From assembly GCA_030149205.1 (NCBI GenBank), contig JASBSB010000003.1:1-32000 (forward strand): 32,000 nucleotides of DNA. Reading direction: 5' to 3'. A program made the position numbers and the translations under genes. The notes beneath the pieces are model-generated. The model had not been told where the DNA came from. It ran no database searches and saw only the letters and a program-made list of their open reading frames with translations. This stretch comes from Candidatus Heimdallarchaeota archaeon. Its GTDB lineage: Archaea > Asgardarchaeota > Heimdallarchaeia > Heimdallarchaeales > Kariarchaeaceae. Within the stretch, counting starts at the first letter, position 1. The number at the start of each line of letters is the position of its first letter. Positions 17,207 through 27,148 of this stretch are shown here, piece by piece.

Positions 17207-17533
17207 ATGGATGAATCAGATGAAGAACTCAAAAAAATATTGAGTTTAAAAGAATTGATTCATTCACCTGTAAGACTTGCAGTTCTTATGTTTTTGCTCC
17301 CAAGAACTTGGTGTACCTTTACAGAGCTTCAGATTGCGTTAAATCTCACTTCAGGAAATCTTTCAACCCATCTTAAGAAACTTGAGGAGGGAGAACTGAT
17401 AATTATTAGCAAAAAATTTGTCAACCGGAAACCAACGACTTCAATCCAAATTACGTTAATTGGACAGAAAGCCCTTGATGATTATGTGAATGAGTTAAAA
17501 GATATCATTCAGTATCATGACTCAACTCTTTGA
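17207..17533 (+). CDS. Winged-helix transcriptional regulator (HTH_34 / MarR-ArsR-like)
   Basis: IHSPVRLAVL...FTELQIALNLTSGNLSTHLKKLEE...KKFVNRKPTT. Confidence 0.9.
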   Translation: MDESDEELKKILSLKELIHSPVRLAVLMFLLPRTWCTFTELQIALNLTSGNLSTHLKKLEEGELIIISKKFVNRKPTTSIQITLIGQKALDDYVNELKDIIQYHDSTL

Positions 17534-18172
17534 ATCCATTAGTTCAAGCAAACCTGAGAAAAACATAGGGATTCCAAACCCTAATCCGAGTGATAACCCA
17601 AAGAAAACAACCAACTTATTACCGTAGATCAAAGCCAAGATTAATGTTAACGTTCCCACTAAGAATGGAAGTACGCCAACAGAATACACCAGAAATTTTC
17701 TTCCAAAATGAAGGAAAGATACATCCTTATCCTGAATTATTGATAAAGTGATAACAATTCCAAAAATAATCCCTACGAGTGGAGTGATGAAGTAATATAA
17801 CTGTAAAATAATTAGCAGGCTGATGAATACCCAAGCAGCGAAGGTTATCACGATGAAAATGAGTTGAAACCTTCTGTTAACCTTTGAGGTGACTGTTGGC
17901 TCTTTCTCATATTTCTTTGTATATCTTGAGAATATTGCCCAATAGAATACACCTCCAACCGATGGAAAAGCCCATACTAGAATAAGATAAATTGATAAAT
18001 TGTTTGAAAGAAAGATATAATCTAAGACACCGGCTTGAATAAACAAAGTTCCCCAGATAAGATTGATCATGGATGCAACATCTCGAAAGGTTCGAATCTC
18101 ATAAGATTTAATTGTCTCAATATAATTGATCACCTGACCTAGTTCTTGATTTGATGTGTTAGGGTCATTCAT
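17522..18172 (-). CDS. Hypothetical membrane protein with about 6 TM helices
   Basis: Six hydrophobic segments and a charged N-terminal helix; similar in size and layout to membrane proteins often encoded beside HTH_34 regulators. Confidence 0.7.
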   Translation of the reverse strand: MNDPNTSNQELGQVINYIETIKSYEIRTFRDVASMINLIWGTLFIQAGVLDYIFLSNNLSIYLILVWAFPSVGGVFYWAIFSRYTKKYEKEPTVTSKVNRRFQLIFIVITFAAWVFISLLIILQLYYFITPLVGIIFGIVITLSIIQDKDVSFLHFGRKFLVYSVGVLPFLVGTLTLILALIYGNKLVVFFGLSLGLGFGIPMFFSGLLELMDSKS

Positions 18173-18302
18173 TTAGGTTTTATTTCTGACTAAGAACTTT
18201 AAGTATTTCTTTACTTTGAATTACAAAGTGGTTTAAGTAAAAAACAACTCTCTAAAAAATATTATCTTGATATTTTAAATATAACCCCTTTAGAGATATC
18301 TC

Positions 18303-19265
18303 ATGACATTCGCATTAGAAGCCTCAGAGGTTAACAAGATATATGATAGCAATGTCCATGCACTGAATAACCTATCACTTAAGGTTGACCAAGGACTTGT
18401 TTACGGGTTATTAGGGCCAAATGGAGCTGGTAAATCAAGCTTTTTGAAAATCATCACAGGGTTAATAAAACCAACTTCTGGGTCTATTAACTTACTTGGC
18501 AAAAACATTAGAGAACTTAATGAACTTAAAGGAAAAATAGGTTATGTTCCGCAAGAGTTAGTGTTCGAGGATTATTTAACAGTAGAGGAAAATTTAAAAT
18601 TATTTGCAAGTTGTTTCTCTATCTCAAATCCCAAAGAAAGGATCTCTGAGCTACTTAAATCATTCCAGCTGGCTGAGATACGAAAGCGAAGAGCTGGTAC
18701 ATTAAGCGGTGGACAAAAACGAAGATTAAATGTTGCAATTGGTCTTGTAATTGATCCTGAAATCCTAATTCTTGATGAACCTAGTGCAGGGATGGATCCA
18801 CAAAGTAGAAACCTATTATGGGAAATGATAAATGACCTTTCAAAGAAGCAAGATATTACCATAATAATTTCTACTCATCTAATGGAGACTGCAGACAGGC
18901 TTTGCACAAAAATCGGAATTATTGACAAGGGTTATTTAATCACAGAAGGAACACCTGAAGAGCTGAAGGCAAGATATAATTCAAGCCTATCACTACAAAT
19001 AACGTTTAAGAAAATCCCTGATCAAAATAAAAAAATTGAGTTCAAAAATAGACTCAAGAAGATTATAGAAGATTGTGAAATTCAAGAGGATGAGAAATCT
19101 TTAGCAGTAAGAGGATCAAATTTAGAGTTAATATTAACTAAATTTATTGAGACATCAACTGAAATCATTGGAATCTCCAATATACAGGGAATAAATATTA
19201 ATCCTGTTACTTTAGAGGATGTTTTCATTCGCCTTACAGGGTCTAATTTGAGGGAGGGGAAATAA
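18303..19265 (+). CDS. ABC-2 type exporter, ATP-binding subunit
   Basis: Walker A GPNGAGKS, Q-loop VPQ, signature LSGGQ, Walker B ILILDEP and H-loop STH; C-terminal tail ending TLEDVFIRLTG. Confidence 0.96.
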   Translation: MTFALEASEVNKIYDSNVHALNNLSLKVDQGLVYGLLGPNGAGKSSFLKIITGLIKPTSGSINLLGKNIRELNELKGKIGYVPQELVFEDYLTVEENLKLFASCFSISNPKERISELLKSFQLAEIRKRRAGTLSGGQKRRLNVAIGLVIDPEILILDEPSAGMDPQSRNLLWEMINDLSKKQDITIIISTHLMETADRLCTKIGIIDKGYLITEGTPEELKARYNSSLSLQITFKKIPDQNKKIEFKNRLKKIIEDCEIQEDEKSLAVRGSNLELILTKFIETSTEIIGISNIQGININPVTLEDVFIRLTGSNLREGK

Positions 19266-20530
19266 TGGGCATCATCTATCAAATTTTTCTCAAAAATATA
19301 AGGGTCTATTACAGGAACAAACCTTCTCTTTTTTTCTCATTATTATTTCCTTTAGTCTTTATTGGAGTATTTGGAATCGCATTTCAGTACGGAGCACCTG
19401 GCAATTCACCAATTACAATTGGAGTGATTAATCTGGATCAGGGGATACCGGGCAACACTATTGTTCTTTCACAAAATGGAAGCAAATTATCCGGTAATTA
19501 TTTCTCACAAGAGTTTATTCAAATCTTAAAAAATGTGAAATATGAGGACAATAAAACTTATGCATTCGACATTAATCTCTACAATTCTTCAATTCAAGCG
19601 CAGAGTGATTTGTTAAGGAGAAATATATTAGCATTGGTCATTATTCCGAGTAATTTCTCATTACTTATGATGTCAAAGATTAGAGAATTTGTTGAAAAGA
19701 ACCATATTAATGCAAGTTTAAATGGGTTCCCACCAACAAATTATACATCTAATATTGTGGTTAAAGGTGATTCAACCTTACTCGGATACACTATAACCAG
19801 TACAATTGTTTCTCAAATTGCAAATTCATATGTCAATTTTTCACAGGCAAATAGTCAAAGATATGTGATCCTTGAGGGAACCACTCAAACAAAAGGAATA
19901 ACTGTATTTGACCTCACAACCCCTGGATTGTTAATTTTTGCTATCTTGAACAATCTGGGAACAATTACAGCGGTTGCTCTGATGGATAAGAGATTTGGAT
20001 TCTTAGATAGATTAAAGCTTTCAAAGTTAAAACCTTGGCAGTATATTTTTGGATTCACTCTGTCTCAAATATTGGTCGCCTTTGTGCAGGTTCCGATCAT
20101 GTTCTTTGCAGCCGTACTGTTTGGCTTTCAAGTTACCACTCAATACCTTCCAGCATTTGTGTTCATTTTCTTTTTTGCATTAAGTGTTACAGGCATGGGT
20201 TTATTTTTAGCAAGTTTCATCTCAAATCCAGATTCTGCGGGAGGAATCAGTGCAATTATTGGTACACCAATGGCATTTTTAGCTGGAGCTTTCTTTCAAA
20301 TCCCTAATCCAGTAATTATTGGAAAGGGAGGTATTTTAGGAGATCATATTTTTAGAGTATTTGATTTCTTACCTGCAACGCCAACCTTGACAGGTCTAAG
20401 ACTTCTGTTAATTGATGGGGTTCCCCTTCAAAACCTTTCCTTTGAATTGTCGCTTGTTGCAGCTCTCTCAATCCTTTATTTTGTAATCGGGTTAATATTT
20501 TATGCAAGACGACACCTTAGAACAAATTGA
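19265..20530 (+). CDS. ABC-2 type exporter, permease subunit
   Basis: One TM helix, a large extracytoplasmic loop with N-X-S/T sequons, then 5 TM helices; PMAFLAGAFF motif; start overlaps the ATPase stop by 1 nt. Confidence 0.92.
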   Translation: MGIIYQIFLKNIRVYYRNKPSLFFSLLFPLVFIGVFGIAFQYGAPGNSPITIGVINLDQGIPGNTIVLSQNGSKLSGNYFSQEFIQILKNVKYEDNKTYAFDINLYNSSIQAQSDLLRRNILALVIIPSNFSLLMMSKIREFVEKNHINASLNGFPPTNYTSNIVVKGDSTLLGYTITSTIVSQIANSYVNFSQANSQRYVILEGTTQTKGITVFDLTTPGLLIFAILNNLGTITAVALMDKRFGFLDRLKLSKLKPWQYIFGFTLSQILVAFVQVPIMFFAAVLFGFQVTTQYLPAFVFIFFFALSVTGMGLFLASFISNPDSAGGISAIIGTPMAFLAGAFFQIPNPVIIGKGGILGDHIFRVFDFLPATPTLTGLRLLLIDGVPLQNLSFELSLVAALSILYFVIGLIFYARRHLRTN

Positions 20531-20565
20531 TGAATAATTAAATTTCTAGTATCCTGGTTTAAGTT

Positions 20566-21444
20566 CTAGTATGCTCTCTTTTTACTTGAGTAGTATGTTA
20601 TTAACACTTGTTCAATCAATTCATCGGTATGAGCTTCAACAACTCTTACCCCAAGCCCTCTAAGTTTTCTCTTAAATTTTTCAATTTCCTTGATTTTTTG
20701 GTAGATGTTATAAAGATAAACACCTTTTGTTTCCAAATCAGATAGATCGACAGTTAGTGGTTTTCGGGTCTCAGGGTCTAGATACTTAACCTTACCAATG
20801 TTGCTAGGAAGAGAAAATTCACCTGTATCTGTTACTTGCAGAAGTTGAACCTCATGATTGAAGGCTTTTGCGATTCGGAACCCCTCAAGCGTTTTGTCAA
20901 TTGCATCATGGAGGTCTGTAACAACCAAAATTAAGCTTCTTCTTCTTAAAGCTGTGGCTACCTCTTTCAGTGCAACACCAATTTCAGTCGAGCCCTTTGG
21001 AATGAGTTCTAACAATTGTTTATAAATAAAATACTCATGAGACCTGCCTCCTTTAGGTGGGATAAATTTTTTCATATCCTCTGAAAATGCTCCAAATCCA
21101 ACATTATCCTTATTCTGTACTGTTGCATGGGTCAGACTTGCAACTGCTTCTACAGCCAGTTTAATTCTTTGTTCCCGTCCTCCAAGTAGCATAGAGGCAG
21201 AAAGATCAAGTAAAATCATCACATCCGTGTTTCTTTCTAGATCGAATTCTTTAACTATTAAATTTCCTCTTGTCTTTGCTGATGCTCTCCAATCAATTCT
21301 TCTGAGATCGTCTCCGGGTATATATTCTCTCAAATCTGCGAAGTCTGTTCCTTCACCTCGATAAAGTGATCTCCTGTTTCCAGATAAGAAGGAGGCGACT
21401 TTTTCTTGGGCAATTATCGCAAGGTCTTTGATTTGTTTTGCCAT
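20566..21444 (-). CDS. DUF58 family protein (vWA-like, usual MoxR partner)
   Basis: GEGTDFADLREYIPGDDLRRIDWRASAK, VKEFDLER, LLDLSASM and VVTDL. Confidence 0.93.
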   Translation of the reverse strand: MAKQIKDLAIIAQEKVASFLSGNRRSLYRGEGTDFADLREYIPGDDLRRIDWRASAKTRGNLIVKEFDLERNTDVMILLDLSASMLLGGREQRIKLAVEAVASLTHATVQNKDNVGFGAFSEDMKKFIPPKGGRSHEYFIYKQLLELIPKGSTEIGVALKEVATALRRRSLILVVTDLHDAIDKTLEGFRIAKAFNHEVQLLQVTDTGEFSLPSNIGKVKYLDPETRKPLTVDLSDLETKGVYLYNIYQKIKEIEKFKRKLRGLGVRVVEAHTDELIEQVLITYYSSKKRAY

Positions 21445-21538
21445 TAGTTGTTTCTCAGAAATCGATCTTCACCTGTAATTCCAAATCTAAAGAAAGTTAA
21501 AAACCTTTAGAATTTGAGTAATTTATTCAGAATATTGC

Positions 21539-22876
21539 TTATGAATGCTTGGCAAGAAACTCATCTATTATAGGCTCTAAATTTCCATCAATCTCTTTTA
21601 ATGAGTAAGTGACTCTTGCTGCTGGTATCTTAATGTTGATGATTCTTGTTAAGTCAATTGGAGTTCCAATAACCACTGCGTCAGCTCCAGACCTTGCTAT
21701 GGTCTCTTCTAAATCCTTCATCTGTTCCTCTCCATAACCCATCGCAGGTAATATTCCAGAACCTTTCAAATGAGAATATTTTTCATAGGTTGCCTTAATT
21801 GAGTCAACTGCAAATTCTTCTGGGTGCTGAATTATCTGAGCACCTAATCTTTGGGCAGCTATAGTCCCAGCACCTGTTTTGACCTCACCATGAGTTACTG
21901 TTGGACCATCCTCTACGACGAGCACTTTTTTACCTTTGATTAAATCTTCGTTATCAACAGTTATCTCTGAATCTGCTATGATCAGCTTTGCTGTAGGATT
22001 CCATTTCTTGATGTGTTCTTTAAGCTTATCAATACTTCCAGGGGGCGCTGAATCAGCTTTGTTTATAATTAACACGTCAGCTCTAATGAAATTCACCTGT
22101 CCGGGATAATATGACAGCTCATGTCCCACTCTATGAGGATCCAAGATAACAATTTCTAGGTCTGATTTATAGAATGGAAAATCGTTGTTACCTCCATCCC
22201 AAAGTACGATGTCAACCTCCTGTTCAGCTCTCTCAAGTATCTGTTTATAATCCACACCTGCGTATACGATGTTCCCAGCCTTGATGTGATGTTCGTACTC
22301 CTCCATCTCTTCGATTGTACAGTTTTGTTTTTTCATATCCTCAATTGATGCAAACCTCTGCCAAGTCATTTTAACAAGGTCACCATAAGGCATTGGATGC
22401 CTGATAGCTGCAACTTTCTTTCCCTTGGATTTTAGAATTTGGCTGACTCTTCTGGTTGTTTGTGACTTACCACATCCAGTTCTGACAGCACAGATAGAAA
22501 GAACTGGTTTCTTAGATTTCAACATGGTTTGTTTTGGACCAATTAGCATAAAATCCGCTCCAGCTGCATTTGCACGAGCACTCTGTGTCATCACATAATT
22601 ATATGGAAGGTCTGAATAGGCTAACACTACCAAATCGATGTCTAAATTTTTAATCAAAGTTTCGAGGTCTTTTACTGGATGTATTGGGATACCCTCGGGG
22701 TATCTTTCTCCAGCTAATTCCGCTGGATATTTTTTATCATCTATCCCTGGAATCTGTTCTGCAGTAAAGGCTTTGACATCATACATGTCTGCATTTGATC
22801 CGTCTCTAAACACAGTGTTAAAATTGTGAAAATCTCTTCCTGCTGCTCCCATGATAAGGGTGTTTATTTTCTGCAT
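21539..22876 (-). CDS. arcE: COG2403-type P-loop NTPase; most likely arginine synthetase (ArcE) family rather than true cyclic-2,3-DPG synthetase
   Basis: MGAAGRDFHNFN, YPAELAG, P-loop AVRTGCGKSQT, RHPMPYG, CTIEEMEEYE, WDGGNNDFPF, VEDGPTVTHG and PAMGY. These match my recollection of the Thermococcales enzyme characterised as arginine synthetase. Family call is strong; exact function needs a search. Confidence 0.72.
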   Translation of the reverse strand: MQKINTLIMGAAGRDFHNFNTVFRDGSNADMYDVKAFTAEQIPGIDDKKYPAELAGERYPEGIPIHPVKDLETLIKNLDIDLVVLAYSDLPYNYVMTQSARANAAGADFMLIGPKQTMLKSKKPVLSICAVRTGCGKSQTTRRVSQILKSKGKKVAAIRHPMPYGDLVKMTWQRFASIEDMKKQNCTIEEMEEYEHHIKAGNIVYAGVDYKQILERAEQEVDIVLWDGGNNDFPFYKSDLEIVILDPHRVGHELSYYPGQVNFIRADVLIINKADSAPPGSIDKLKEHIKKWNPTAKLIIADSEITVDNEDLIKGKKVLVVEDGPTVTHGEVKTGAGTIAAQRLGAQIIQHPEEFAVDSIKATYEKYSHLKGSGILPAMGYGEEQMKDLEETIARSGADAVVIGTPIDLTRIINIKIPAARVTYSLKEIDGNLEPIIDEFLAKHS

Positions 22877-23000
22877 GACTTGTAAATGAAAATATAATAT
22901 AAGAAATAATCTCTTGTGTCTTGATTCTTTGAAAGATAGATTAAACTTTAAGTCTGAGAATTACCTTTTATTTTTTAAAAGGTTAAAAACGAACATTGTC

Positions 23001-24008
23001 ATGGTCGAATTTATAGAGGCAATCCGAAGGCGTCAAAAGATTGCAATGGACTATTTTTTTGAAACAGCCCCAGAGTATATTCAACCAGAGATTCCTCTAA
23101 GAGAAGCAGCTCTCCATTACCCCAAACATGGTGGAAAAGGATTCAGACCTGCGATATTGATGCTGACCTGTGGTGCTGTTGGTGGAGATGAAAATTTGGC
23201 AATTCCAGCAGCTGCAGCAGTTGAAGCTTTACATGTCTCAAGTTTAATTCATGATGACATTATGGATAACGATGACACAAGAAGAGGAATTGAAGCGGTC
23301 TGGAAAAAATGGGACGATTCAATTGCAATACTAGCTGGTGATGTTCTTGTTGGGTTTGCCTTTAGATTAATCGCAAAACTACCCAAAATTAGTGACCAAC
23401 TCAAAAACAATTTGTTGAGCGGGTTGGCGTTAAAATACACAGAACTTTGTCATGGGCAAATGCTTGATATTGATTTTACCAGAACCTCTATAGATGAATT
23501 AACGATTGAAAAGGTCACCGAAATGCAATATCTTAAAACAGGGGTGTTATTCGAATTTTGTTGTGTTGCAGGTGCAAAGATAGGTCTCAACAAAGAACAG
23601 CATGAGTATATTGAGGTAATTCGATCTTATGCTAAAAATGCGGGAACTGCCTTTCAAATCCAGGATGACGTGTTAGGATTAGTTGCAGACTCAGAGACGA
23701 TGGGAAAGCCAAGATATTCAGATATAAAAGAAGGTAAACGAACAATTATTGCACTTCATGCCTTTCAACAGGCCAGTGATGCTGAGAAAAAGGTGTTATC
23801 AGACTTTTTTGGAAATCCTAAATCTACAGATAATGATTGTTTAAAAGTAATGGAAGTGTTTAAGTCAACTAAGTCAATCGAATTTGCGGTTGCAAAGGCT
23901 ATTGAGATGGCTCAAAATGCTATCGATGTAATATCTGTACTTCCTGAAAATGAGAACAAAAAAATACTCCTTGATTTTGCAAAACAGATGGTGGAGCGTA
24001 GCTCCTAG
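23001..24008 (+). CDS. Trans-isoprenyl diphosphate synthase (archaeal IdsA/GGPPS-like)
   Basis: GGKGFRP, FARM LIHDDIMD..RRG, GQMLD, LKTG and SARM FQIQDDVL. The ATG at 23001 is preferred over the TTG at 22914. Confidence 0.95.
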   Translation: MVEFIEAIRRRQKIAMDYFFETAPEYIQPEIPLREAALHYPKHGGKGFRPAILMLTCGAVGGDENLAIPAAAAVEALHVSSLIHDDIMDNDDTRRGIEAVWKKWDDSIAILAGDVLVGFAFRLIAKLPKISDQLKNNLLSGLALKYTELCHGQMLDIDFTRTSIDELTIEKVTEMQYLKTGVLFEFCCVAGAKIGLNKEQHEYIEVIRSYAKNAGTAFQIQDDVLGLVADSETMGKPRYSDIKEGKRTIIALHAFQQASDAEKKVLSDFFGNPKSTDNDCLKVMEVFKSTKSIEFAVAKAIEMAQNAIDVISVLPENENKKILLDFAKQMVERSS

Positions 24009-24457
24009 AATTCATCTATATTAAGAAAATTTAATAATGCGAAATTTGCAAGATGTGTGTATCCTAACTCTCGGGATGTTTCTGAAAGAAAATACCAAAG
24101 TTCTTTGGTAGAATTGATCGATAGTTGTCTGATTAGCAAATCCAATGCTTTTTCATGTTTTCCCTCTTTTACCAACTGTTGTAATGTATTTACAATATCT
24201 AAGAGAGCTAGATTATCTGACCATTCTTGGAAATAATTGTGATCCTTAAAATTAGAACGTTCTCCTCTATTTTGTTCGATTTTAAATTCATTGGAATTTG
24301 ATTCTCTAAATTTGGAATTATAGATTACTGCTTTCTGTGTCTCTCCACTTAAAAAGTGTAAAACTGCTAAAGTTTTATGGATAATTGGGTCTTCGGGACG
24401 GAGTAATGCCAATCCGCTAAATTCTGCAATCAATATGTCTACTGACTCTGCATCCAC
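24005..24457 (-). CDS. Small hypothetical protein with TPR-like helical pairs
   Basis: PEDPIIHKTLAVLHFLSGETQKA and KHEKALDLL...LWYFLSETSRELGYTHLA resemble TPR units; fills the gap between two real genes; GTG start. Confidence 0.5.
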   Translation of the reverse strand: MDAESVDILIAEFSGLALLRPEDPIIHKTLAVLHFLSGETQKAVIYNSKFRESNSNEFKIEQNRGERSNFKDHNYFQEWSDNLALLDIVNTLQQLVKEGKHEKALDLLIRQLSINSTKELWYFLSETSRELGYTHLANFALLNFLNIDEF

Positions 24458-24527
24458 AATAATAATAAGGGAAAAAATTAATATAAAGCTTGTAGAATTT
24501 TAATTCTGATATTTATTCTGTTTGAAT

Positions 24528-25934
<1,407 letters not shown>

Positions 25935-26034
25935 TTATCGTAAGTGCTACTGCTTGATTTTTACAAAATTTGGAAGATTGAGGATTTATGATATTAATAT
26001 TTCAAATTGTACATCCAAAGTTTCATTTTATACA

Positions 26035-26643
26035 TTAAGTCATCAAATTTTTATAGGAATCCTTGTAAACCTTGAAGTAAATCTCAACATCACCTGGTGG
26101 GATTCCTATCTGCTTCAATTCTGATTTGATTTCTTCTAAGGATCTAGATTTATTCATCTCAAGCTTTACAAACTGAGAAATGAATTCAAATCTTTCCCAA
26201 CCAAAAACTACCCAAGAAGTTGTTTCAATTACATAGTAATCAGGTTTGATAATAGACATAGGTTTGTAATAGATTGTTGCACATCGAAAATTTTCTATTC
26301 CCAGTCTTTCGAATTCTTTAATTACTACTTGAAGACTCTTACCGCTGTCAGCTACATCATCTACCAGCAACACCCTTTTTCCTTCTAAGGATGTAGATAT
26401 CTCTTGAGTGATGATAGGTGTTTCCCCTCTTTTTTCAATATCATGATAAAGTTCCACCTTCACATTAGCTGTTTCTCTTAGCAAGAAAAAGTCTGCAAGT
26501 AGCCTCCCAGGAATCCATCCCCCACGTGCAACACCAATGATCACTTCTGGTTTAAATTTATCAGCCAAAATCTTTTCAAAGAGAACCATGGTAGAATTAT
26601 AGGTCTCTTCCCAAGACTGAACATGAAATTCGATATCAGTCAC
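26035..26643 (-). CDS. Type I phosphoribosyltransferase, archaeal purine-salvage (Hpt/Gpt-like) type
   Basis: IIGVARGGWIPG, PRPP motif VLLVDDVADSGKSL and PDYYVIETTSWVVFGWE; GTG start. Confidence 0.9.
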   Translation of the reverse strand: MTDIEFHVQSWEETYNSTMVLFEKILADKFKPEVIIGVARGGWIPGRLLADFFLLRETANVKVELYHDIEKRGETPIITQEISTSLEGKRVLLVDDVADSGKSLQVVIKEFERLGIENFRCATIYYKPMSIIKPDYYVIETTSWVVFGWERFEFISQFVKLEMNKSRSLEEIKSELKQIGIPPGDVEIYFKVYKDSYKNLMT

Positions 26644-26729
26644 AACACATGAACAAAATTATAACATTTAAAGTATGTGACAGGCTCTCTGAGTTTTCCA
26701 CATTAGTTTTTTTTAATAAATACAAGTTT

Positions 26730-27002
26730 TTACCTTTGAAATTTGTTCCAATCAGATCCGAATAACTGATTTTGTTTAAATTCTAAGATTGACACAACCG
26801 CATTAAATTCTTCATTTTTCAATTGATACTTATGCTTGCTATGTTGGAGCAAAATATCAGCAGCCACTTGTTTCACTTGTTGAATGTTGTTCATAAATCT
26901 TGGATCATCTTTTTCAAGACCTTTTGCAATAATTTTTAATATATCAAGGACACGTTCAGGTTCATTTATCCTTCTTTCTATAACAACCACCAATTTATTC
27001 AA
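26730..27002 (-). CDS. Small helical hypothetical protein
   Basis: 90-aa ORF co-oriented with its neighbours, with protein-like amphipathic composition; TTG start; no recognised motif. Confidence 0.55.
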   Translation of the reverse strand: MNKLVVVIERRINEPERVLDILKIIAKGLEKDDPRFMNNIQQVKQVAADILLQHSKHKYQLKNEEFNAVVSILEFKQNQLFGSDWNKFQR

Positions 27003-27148
27003 GGCGCTCTAGTTAGATAAACTTTACTGAGAATTTTCAGTTCTGGCGCTATTTAAAATGAGTCCAAATTACAAGTGATTAATGATATTGTTTATTTATT
27101 TTTGCACACAATTTAAGTAGATACTCAAAAATTGTCCATTTGTTCAAA

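Noticed and set aside
21539-22876. Call as cyclic 2,3-diphosphoglycerate synthetase (cpgS)
   Set aside because: The N-terminal motif is GAAGRDFHNFN rather than the CpgS-type one, and no 2-phosphoglycerate kinase is adjacent.
22914-23000. N-terminal extension of the prenyl synthase from TTG 22914
   Set aside because: AT-rich sequence overlapping the divergent promoter region; the ATG at 23001 gives a normal family length.
14097-24008. Link between the prenyl synthase and prenylation of the Rab-like GTPase
   Set aside because: The GTPase ends KEISKSQL with no C-terminal Cys motif, and no protein prenyltransferase is present.
27003-27060. Stop-codon readthrough extending the 90-aa ORF upstream
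   Set aside because: A second in-frame stop lies five codons further upstream, so recoding of the TAG would not give a longer ORF.
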